Below are positions 58,101-64,000 of a stretch of DNA of 64,000 nucleotides, piece by piece. A program made the position numbers and the translations under genes. The notes under the pieces were generated by a model. The model saw only the letters and a list, made by a program, of their open reading frames with translations. It ran no database searches and was not told the origin of the DNA. Source of the DNA: Bacteroidaceae bacterium (GTDB taxonomy: Bacteria > Bacteroidota > Bacteroidia > Bacteroidales > Bacteroidaceae); assembly GCA_963590865.1 (NCBI GenBank), contig CAVAQY010000001.1, forward strand, positions 4,750-68,749, in the 5' to 3' direction. Numbering within the stretch: the first letter of the stretch is position 1; each line of letters begins with the position of its first letter.

Positions 58101-58687
58101 CTGGTCTGCCCGCCGGTAACTACATATACTCGGCCAACATGACATACCGCAATGTGACCAAGTCAACCTACAGCATCGACACATCCATCGAGACTGACTA
58201 CACCTCAGAAGTGTGCTGGATCATCGCCAACGACGAGAAGACAGCCGCTACGGGTCTGCTCCAGGTGGAAGGCGCAAAGGTGGAAGGCACAGGTGACAAC
58301 TCCAAGTATGTGCTGCCCGGCGGCGAATCGTTCGACAACTATGCCTACACCCATACCGTAGGCGTGGCAGACTTCTTCGCCGCAGGTTACTACCGCAGCA
58401 ATCTCGGCTTCACACTTGCCGAGAAGGCCGACGTAGCCCTTGGCTTCCTGATTGACGGTCTGCGCGTTGTGGGTCAGGCATTCTACTACAATCCTGAACT
58501 GCGCTTCTATGGCGACGGCGACATCACAGGCATTGAGAACGTGAACGCAGCCGGCGAAAGCGGCAAGTTCGTGCCCGGAGCCGTATATACGCTCACAGGA
58601 ACCCAGGTACGCGCCAACGCCACTTCGCTCAAGAACCTTGGCAAGGGCGTTTACATTATGAACGGCAAGAAGTTTGTGGTCAAGTAA
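55190..58687 (+). CDS. Uncharacterised 1165-aa secreted protein: four beta-sandwich-like modules separated by helical spacers, T9SS C-terminal domain
   Basis: Signal peptide MKKRLLSISLALLGCLGASAA. Recurrent module signature (YVVTYKVKS / LYQTVALPAGRYMF / VYQTVALANNGHYEI / LTQTVAGLPAGNYIY). Ala/Asp/Glu-rich helical linkers. C-terminus AVYTLTGTQVRANATSLKNLGKGVYIMNGKKFVVK. I recognise no catalytic motif. Confidence 0.8.
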   Translation: MKKRLLSISLALLGCLGASAAYESGGYYYNEAGRWIINGDNLLTNNLSDGLAAFGFKHTNTADLGEAIADTFEVVTSDGMPAIQVNKQGGEGTGGELFLSQYLNDAGVYVVTYKVKSAGEARQLSQNTASGYNTNYQHIFLNDDGTTTCDATEETGNGGVSLARNLRYGDTWKEMSYTFTVSDPKFLNLRFFNLLVGDMIADFGIYKISEVGDDRVIKEYKDIINGYLANETDFPNERESLQELLGALDEIPLEEPLDASSLEEADAMISDFLDANTVDVSGYFSNWDFSGGNSGEAKGIKNWTVAGGHTGRWGVATRYARGVDYGEGKYIAMQSYPQGMSDGSTSADLYQTVALPAGRYMFTCKSSGNYHYRVSGSDKNGVVVCDSVTGMGMYVNSDTLWFNTVKTVSPTKANRYSIIGTVAEGESMTLGYHTPGMIAKTGGAYSYSPVEIRLLGGKTQADVDAFFYEAKVKTNAEALKVMVDSANNVLKDDQYFYCKDSLTIVAAHGQQVYDAYQTEYTNESADTLSKEMVAVRNGIRLLYSMNSAYTQLSGIIAEAETLYADENRPVKGDLGTAIDAAKAVVSGLTPGLKPTEADSASLADQITALPIAIEAYYIANASYNAPAKLNIINPYFANSGTGWNVVNSSDSKEVWKYGSDATFTNGTKIYAYRGTTTAPANAVYQTVALANNGHYEIAFEAYAFGQKRNGTITDPIGVYFVKQLGGADGVLDTGDDAAKIDSVIVHTESLNNAVKYKVAFTVTNAPVNFTFGLDALSNTGDDFDAVKGNFANGYGYGGNELTFYGDYDKYKADSVAAVIKPTRDSLQAVINAANALKAEARNPNNVDTAPFQNAISEAQGVVDNSAATLDEINAQFPKMTAATNAFMISGVYPAEGKYFDLTPLIKNPKFKEGDDNFDGWEYGTFDIGETPMASDTLYNSSGTGLLWKYFGGDTHDYANLKGHSKLTQTVAGLPAGNYIYSANMTYRNVTKSTYSIDTSIETDYTSEVCWIIANDEKTAATGLLQVEGAKVEGTGDNSKYVLPGGESFDNYAYTHTVGVADFFAAGYYRSNLGFTLAEKADVALGFLIDGLRVVGQAFYYNPELRFYGDGDITGIENVNAAGESGKFVPGAVYTLTGTQVRANATSLKNLGKGVYIMNGKKFVVK

Positions 58688-58713
58688 CCGCCGGCTTCAA
58701 CGCAGATAACTCC

Positions 58714-58752
58714 AAAAGGGGGAGACCGCAGAAGAGCGGTTTCCCCCTTTTT
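58714..58752 (+). terminator. Rho-independent terminator after the 1165-aa gene
   Basis: aaaagggggagaccgc-(6 nt)-gcggtttccccctttt followed by a T-run. Confidence 0.75.
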
Positions 58753-58960
58753 CTGGTTCTTCCGTCAATGGACGGATATAGTACATGGACTGAACACCTG
58801 CTTATACCTTATTATTATATGCGCGCGAAGGCGCTTGGACAACGCGGCATTATACCTTTGTTATTGCTTTTTTGTAAAGATGATTTAAGAAACCACAAAT
58901 TTTTCGATGCAAAAGGGCGCAAAAAGACACTGCAGAATTGCTTGTTTTTGGAAAAACCAT

Positions 58961-58970
58961 TAACTTTGTA
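58961..58970 (+). promoter_or_regulatory. Bacteroidota -7 promoter motif for the fasciclin-SusC unit
   Basis: TAACTTTGTA about 80 nt upstream of ATG 59049. Confidence 0.45.
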
Positions 58971-59048
58971 GCCAAACTGCTTATAGAAGTAATATACTAC
59001 TACCCACTTTTTGTGCAATAACTAAGAAAATTAATACAAACGGGACTT

Positions 59049-61928
59049 ATGAAGAAACTCATCTTATGTCTTTCTGTGGCCTGCACAGGACTGCTGTTGT
59101 CGTCGTGTGTGGACAAGAACGAGCTTGTGGATGAAGACTCCAAGCCGTCATGGCTTGGCTCAAGCATCTATTATGAGCTGGAAAACCCGTCCGGAGCCGG
59201 GCTGCAGGGTTCTTTCAAGACGTATCTAAGGCTGATAGACGACCTCGGATATGCCGAAACGATGAAGCGGACGGGAAGCAAAACGGTGTTCCCGGCCAAC
59301 GACGAGGCGTTCGCCAAGTTCTTTGAAAACGAGACTTGGAAAGGCGTGCGGCAGTATTCAGACCTGTCGGAAGCCCAGAAGAAGCTGCTGCTCTACTCCT
59401 CGATGCTCGACAACGCACTGTTGGTTGACATGTTGTCGAACGCCAGCGGCAACAGCACGGTGTATAAAGGGCGCGCAGTGAAGCACCAGTCGGCCATAAC
59501 CGCCATAGACACCGTTACACATTATTATATGCCATACGCCGAAACGTTCAGGAACAACTCCAACTTCACGCGTTTCGACAGCCAGGGCGGCATTTCGGTG
59601 GTGTCTGACGCCACGAGGCCGATGATAGTCCACTTCACGCGTGACTATATGCTGACCAACAACATCACGACCACAGGCTCTGACAACGACTTCTCGCTGC
59701 TTACCGGCGGCGCCTACAACGACGGCGACGCATATATCTATGGCAACAAGATAATATGTCCCGACGTGACGTGCCTCAACGGCTACATCCACCAGGTGGA
59801 TTCGGTGGTTACGCCTCCGGGCAACATGGCACAGATGCTCAAGGGCATGCCCGACTGCAGCATCTTCAGCCATCTTCTCGACCGTTTTGCCGTGCCGCGC
59901 TACAACGCTACGGTAACAAACAACTACCACGACTGGTATCGCGAGCAGTCGTTGGTGAAGGATATGTCGGGCGTGTCAAACCCCGATTCGATCTTCGAGA
60001 TACGCTATCTGAGCAGCTACTCGCAGGACTACAAGACGTTTAACCTGGACGGCGACGGCAAAGTGGTTAGCTCTGCCAACCTGCTCACCCTTGACCCGGG
60101 ATGGAACGCCTACTATAAGGCAAGCAATTCCAACGACGGAATGGAGACATACCTCAATGATCTGGCTGCCATGTTCGTGCCTAACGACGAGGCAATGAAG
60201 AAGTACTTCGTCAGCGGTGAGGGCGCTCCGATCATGGACTTCTACAAGTATCTGCCGAATACGGAGGAGAACGTAATATATAATGTGGACTCGATACCCA
60301 CAAGTACCGTGGCTGCCCTGCTGAACAACCTGATGAAGACCTCGTTTGTCGATAACGTGCCGAGCAAATTCCCCTCGATGATCGACGATGCAGCCGACCA
60401 CATGGATATGGAAATCAGCTATATCAACAAGAAATCCAACGGCGCTTACGACATTCACGTGGCCAGCAACGGTGTGGTATATGTGCTGAACAAGGTGGTA
60501 GGGCCGAAGAAATATGTCGCAGTGTCTGCACCTACACTCTTCAGCAACGACCTTGACGTGATTTCATGGATAATCAACAACAAGTCAGTCAACTCCGACC
60601 AGACCGACAACGCATACTCTCTGGACTTGGACTTCTATGCCTACCTTCTGGCAATGAGCGCCAACTATGCTCTGTTCATGCCTAACGACGGTGCGTTCGA
60701 CAAGTTTTATGTCAATCCGGCAACGCTCGGCAGCGAGCAGCCCGAGTGTGTACACTTCTACGCGACCAATTCCAACCCATATTTCGGTGCATCGCGCTGG
60801 CGTTATGATACGGCTACCAACAGCGTAACCGACTCGCTCGGCGTGTATGACCTCACGAACGCCAGCCAGATGGCAGCCGTCAAGGCTATGCTGCAGGACA
60901 TAATGAACTACCATACGGTGGTGTTGTCCGACGGCGAGACGCTCGGTTCGCAGAACTACTACAAGACCAAGCACGGCGGAGAGATAAAGGTGGAAGGCGG
61001 AAGCCAGGCCAGCGATATGGTCGGGGCAAGCATCAAGGGCGGCTCACAGGTTGACAACGGAGTCGCAGCCGCTTCCATTGCAAAGACATACAACATGGAG
61101 AACGGCCATACCTATATTATAGACAGGCTGATACAAGGCCCGTTCAACAGCGTTTACAAGACACTTAAGGACAATCCGGACTTCTCCGAGTTCTTTGAAC
61201 TGTGCGACGGCTTCAACGAAGAGCTTCTGAATTGGTGCGGCATCTCCTCCGTGGCCGACGAGGAAACGGGCTTGCGCAAGATAGACCAGTACAAGGTCTT
61301 CTACCAGCCTGGCGAGTATGAAGATGAAGAAAGCAAGCAGCACCGCTGCCTGGACCACAATATAAAGATGTTCAACTCGTACAACTACACCGTATATGCG
61401 CCCAACAACACTGCCATGGAAGAGGCTTACTCCAATGGACTGCCCCGTTGGGAAACGATAAACAAGCTGTGGGAGGACAATGCCGACCACGGTGACAAGG
61501 CTGAGGCCAACGCAAAGGTGTCGGCTCTCGCCATGATAGAGAAGATAAAGGACTTCGTGTTCTATCATTTCCAGAACTCTTCGGTCTATGCAGACAATAC
61601 TGTGGAGGGCGGCAACTACACTTCTTTCCTGCTTGACTCCAACAGCCGCAACCTCTCGCTTGCCGTTGAGGGAGGCGGCAACAAGCTGACTGTGACCGAT
61701 GCATCGGGGCTTGCGCACACTATCGACGCCAACAGCACGAAGGCAGTCAACAGGATGGCACGCGATTTCGAGTTTGACAAGAACAGCAGCTCGGCCACCT
61801 ACATGAAGACCTCGTCGTTTGCCGTAGTGCATGAGATAGACCAGCCCCTGTATTATAATACGGACAGGAGCTTCGCCGTAGGCTCTAAGGTGGCATCCGC
61901 CAAGTTCCACAACTATAATCGAAACTAA
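59049..61928 (+). CDS. Surface lipoprotein with four fasciclin (FAS1)-like domains
   Basis: Lipobox LLLSSC. Four copies of the FAS1 H1-type motif: TVFPANDEAFAKF, AMFVPNDEAMKKYF, ALFMPNDGAFDKFY, TVYAPNNTAMEEAY. 959 aa. Confidence 0.8.
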   Translation: MKKLILCLSVACTGLLLSSCVDKNELVDEDSKPSWLGSSIYYELENPSGAGLQGSFKTYLRLIDDLGYAETMKRTGSKTVFPANDEAFAKFFENETWKGVRQYSDLSEAQKKLLLYSSMLDNALLVDMLSNASGNSTVYKGRAVKHQSAITAIDTVTHYYMPYAETFRNNSNFTRFDSQGGISVVSDATRPMIVHFTRDYMLTNNITTTGSDNDFSLLTGGAYNDGDAYIYGNKIICPDVTCLNGYIHQVDSVVTPPGNMAQMLKGMPDCSIFSHLLDRFAVPRYNATVTNNYHDWYREQSLVKDMSGVSNPDSIFEIRYLSSYSQDYKTFNLDGDGKVVSSANLLTLDPGWNAYYKASNSNDGMETYLNDLAAMFVPNDEAMKKYFVSGEGAPIMDFYKYLPNTEENVIYNVDSIPTSTVAALLNNLMKTSFVDNVPSKFPSMIDDAADHMDMEISYINKKSNGAYDIHVASNGVVYVLNKVVGPKKYVAVSAPTLFSNDLDVISWIINNKSVNSDQTDNAYSLDLDFYAYLLAMSANYALFMPNDGAFDKFYVNPATLGSEQPECVHFYATNSNPYFGASRWRYDTATNSVTDSLGVYDLTNASQMAAVKAMLQDIMNYHTVVLSDGETLGSQNYYKTKHGGEIKVEGGSQASDMVGASIKGGSQVDNGVAAASIAKTYNMENGHTYIIDRLIQGPFNSVYKTLKDNPDFSEFFELCDGFNEELLNWCGISSVADEETGLRKIDQYKVFYQPGEYEDEESKQHRCLDHNIKMFNSYNYTVYAPNNTAMEEAYSNGLPRWETINKLWEDNADHGDKAEANAKVSALAMIEKIKDFVFYHFQNSSVYADNTVEGGNYTSFLLDSNSRNLSLAVEGGGNKLTVTDASGLAHTIDANSTKAVNRMARDFEFDKNSSSATYMKTSSFAVVHEIDQPLYYNTDRSFAVGSKVASAKFHNYNRN

Positions 61929-61955
61929 TCTATTAACAAAGAAACTAAGAAGACT

Positions 61956-64000
61956 ATGCCAAGAATAAGATTAATGCTTTTAGCCGGCTTGTTGCTTATG
62001 GTGCAAGCCGTAGTAATGGCACAGGGGCAGCGCATATCGGGAACGGTTACGGACAACTTCGGACCCGTGATGATGGCGAACGTGGTCGAGGTGGATGTCA
62101 ACAACCGTATCGTGACGGCGGCCGTGACCGACATCAACGGTAACTTCTCGATGGCCATCAAGAACAACAAGAACAAGCTGCGCTTCTCTTACGTGGGCTA
62201 CAAGACCGTGACGCTGCCCATAGGAGAGCGCACCAAATTCAATATACCCATGTCCTCGCAGACAACAGTCAAGGAGGTGACGGTGACATCCCGCCGCCGC
62301 GTCAACTCCGGCGGTCTCTCCATACCCAAGCGCGAGGTGTCTGTGGCACAGCAGACCATGGACATGAGCGAGGTGGAGGGCCTTTCGTTCACCAGTGCCG
62401 ACGAGGCATTGCAGGGAAAGATTGCCGGTCTTGACATTGTGGCCGGCTCCGGTAACCTTGGATCGGGCACCCAGATGCGTCTGCGCGGCGTTACCTCTAT
62501 CAATGGCGACAAGAATCCGTTGATAGTTGTGGATGACCAGATTTTCGACGCACCCGATTTCGATGCAGAGAACGCTACCGACGAGGACTATGCCTCCCTT
62601 CTGTCGGTCAATGTGGAGGACATAGCCAGCATAACCGTGCTCAAGGATGCCGCCTCAACGGCCATCTGGGGTTCGCGCGGCGCTAACGGTGTGATCGAAA
62701 TCAAGACCAAGCGCGGTGCACGCGGCAAGACCCAGGTGTCATTTGCCTACAAATTCTCCGGAAGCTGGCAGCCCAAGGGCTACAACCTGCTCAGCGGTGA
62801 CGACTACACCATGCTTCTCAAGGAGGAGCTGTATAACCCGAAGCAGGCTTCAAACGCCACTACGAACATCAACGAGATAAACTACGTCAAGGGATGGGCC
62901 GACTATGAGAACTGGAACAACAACACCGACTGGGTGGATGCCGTTACGCAGTTCGGCCAGAGCCACGACTACAGCGTAAACCTGAGCGGCGGCGGTTCCA
63001 AGGCGCGCTTCCGCATATCGGCAGGCTACCTGCACCAGACCGGTACCATCATCAAGCAGAGCCTCAACCGCTTCACTACGCGTCTGGCTCTTGACTATGA
63101 CGTGAGTGACCGCATACGCTTCTCGACCAACTTCGGTTTCACTTACACCAACAACAACAAGAGTTACAGCGACCTGCTGTCCGCCGCACAGAAGCTGGCG
63201 CCCAACATGAGCATATACCGTCAGGACGCCAACGGCAACGACACGAACGAATACTTCATCATGAACCCCACTTCAGGAGTGGCAAACCCCTCTTCGTCTG
63301 AATTGGCCGGCGTATATAGCCTGGGCAACCCGGTGGCCGTGGCCAACTTAGCGTGGAGCAGGGAGAACGTATATCGCGTGACCCCGGACTTCATCCTGCA
63401 GTATGAGCTGCTGGGAACGGGCGAGGGCAAGAGCCGGCTTACCTACAAAGGCGACATGTATTTCGACATTTATGCCAACAGCTCGCCTTCCTATTCTCCT
63501 GCCGAGGGCATTAGGGCTGCATGGACATCGGGCACATACAACAGAGCCTATAACCTTGAAAGCAACAGCTTGGGCTTTACGTTCAAGAACGACCTGACTT
63601 TCACACCGCATTTCAAGAACGAAGACTGGACATCCACCATGCGCTTCCGTTATGAAATATACACTTCCAAGAGCAACAAGCAGTATGAAACGGCACGCCG
63701 CGTACCTACGGGAATCGAAATACCTACCGTTGACGCCGACATGGACGACAGCAACACTTCCAGTTCCATAGGAGAAAGCCGTTCGCAGAGCTGGAGTTAC
63801 GTCGGCCATGTGTCCTACAAGAGCCGCTATTCTGCAAGCCTTTCGCTGCGTGCCGACGGTAATTCCAAGTTCGGACCCAAGCACAAGTGGGCTTACTTCC
63901 CCGGCATTTCCGCCCGGTGGAACATCATTGACGAGCCGTGGATGAAGTGGTCGCACAAGGTACTGTCCATGTTGGCTGTACGTCCCAGCTGGGGTATCAC
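61956..64000 (+). CDS. SusC/RagA-family TonB-linked outer-membrane protein (3' end beyond window)
   Basis: My own translation from ATG 61956: MPRIRLMLLAGLLLMVQAVVMAQGQRISGTVTDNFGPVMMANVVEV...NGNFSM (CarboxypepD_reg-like), then the plug ALQGKIAGLDIV...MRLRGVTSINGDKNPLIVVDD. The frame is open to the window end. Absent from the ORF track because no stop is reached. Confidence 0.9.
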   Translation, partial: MPRIRLMLLAGLLLMVQAVVMAQGQRISGTVTDNFGPVMMANVVEVDVNNRIVTAAVTDINGNFSMAIKNNKNKLRFSYVGYKTVTLPIGERTKFNIPMSSQTTVKEVTVTSRRRVNSGGLSIPKREVSVAQQTMDMSEVEGLSFTSADEALQGKIAGLDIVAGSGNLGSGTQMRLRGVTSINGDKNPLIVVDDQIFDAPDFDAENATDEDYASLLSVNVEDIASITVLKDAASTAIWGSRGANGVIEIKTKRGARGKTQVSFAYKFSGSWQPKGYNLLSGDDYTMLLKEELYNPKQASNATTNINEINYVKGWADYENWNNNTDWVDAVTQFGQSHDYSVNLSGGGSKARFRISAGYLHQTGTIIKQSLNRFTTRLALDYDVSDRIRFSTNFGFTYTNNNKSYSDLLSAAQKLAPNMSIYRQDANGNDTNEYFIMNPTSGVANPSSSELAGVYSLGNPVAVANLAWSRENVYRVTPDFILQYELLGTGEGKSRLTYKGDMYFDIYANSSPSYSPAEGIRAAWTSGTYNRAYNLESNSLGFTFKNDLTFTPHFKNEDWTSTMRFRYEIYTSKSNKQYETARRVPTGIEIPTVDADMDDSNTSSSIGESRSQSWSYVGHVSYKSRYSASLSLRADGNSKFGPKHKWAYFPGISARWNIIDEPWMKWSHKVLSMLAVRPSWGI

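Overview
The window reads as a chromosomal segment of a Bacteroidales-type (Bacteroidota) genome. Supporting signals are the TAnnTTTG(-7) promoter motif upstream of most operons, four proteins ending in T9SS C-terminal sorting domains, a SusC-type gene, Fkp, a MurF-Alr fusion, and GSCFA and DUF3098 genes.

Bases 1-43,800 are mostly housekeeping: ftsX (partial), uppP, truB, queA, folK, dedA, rpsO, mtnN-luxS, typA, fucP, fucO, a YfhO-like gene, a TonB-dependent receptor, dnaA, mlaD, an amidase, folB, B12-dependent nrdJ, fkp, tRNA-Asp, cobQ-cobD-cbiB, a nitroreductase, an ExuT-like MFS transporter, murF/alr and GSCFA.

Bases 44,100-64,000 look accessory. They hold four consecutive large T9SS cargo genes: a triplicated BspA-type LRR protein, a C10 (streptopain-like) protease, a 1515-aa PL11 lyase fused to autotransporter-type beta-helix repeats, and a 1165-aa protein I cannot place. 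A four-FAS1 lipoprotein and a SusC gene that runs off the window follow them.

I found no rRNA, CRISPR array, integrase, transposase, phage genes, recognisable defence system or transcription-factor gene.

The best candidates for something new:
- A possible hybrid T9SS/Sus-like pectin locus (50.1-64 kb) and its uncharacterised 1165-aa member.
- A 49-codon acidic ORF co-transcribed with the LRR protein.
- Several non-coding repeat arrays: 22-bp palindromic tandem repeats at 38.45 kb, 33-bp-periodic repeats at 25.4 kb, 11-bp tandem repeats at 47.3 kb and 21-22-bp-spaced repeats at 54.9 kb.

Novelty cannot be established without database searches. All functional calls rest on motifs I recognise in the supplied translations. 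The ORF track translates TTG/GTG starts as M, so several starts were trimmed to the ATG that follows a promoter motif.
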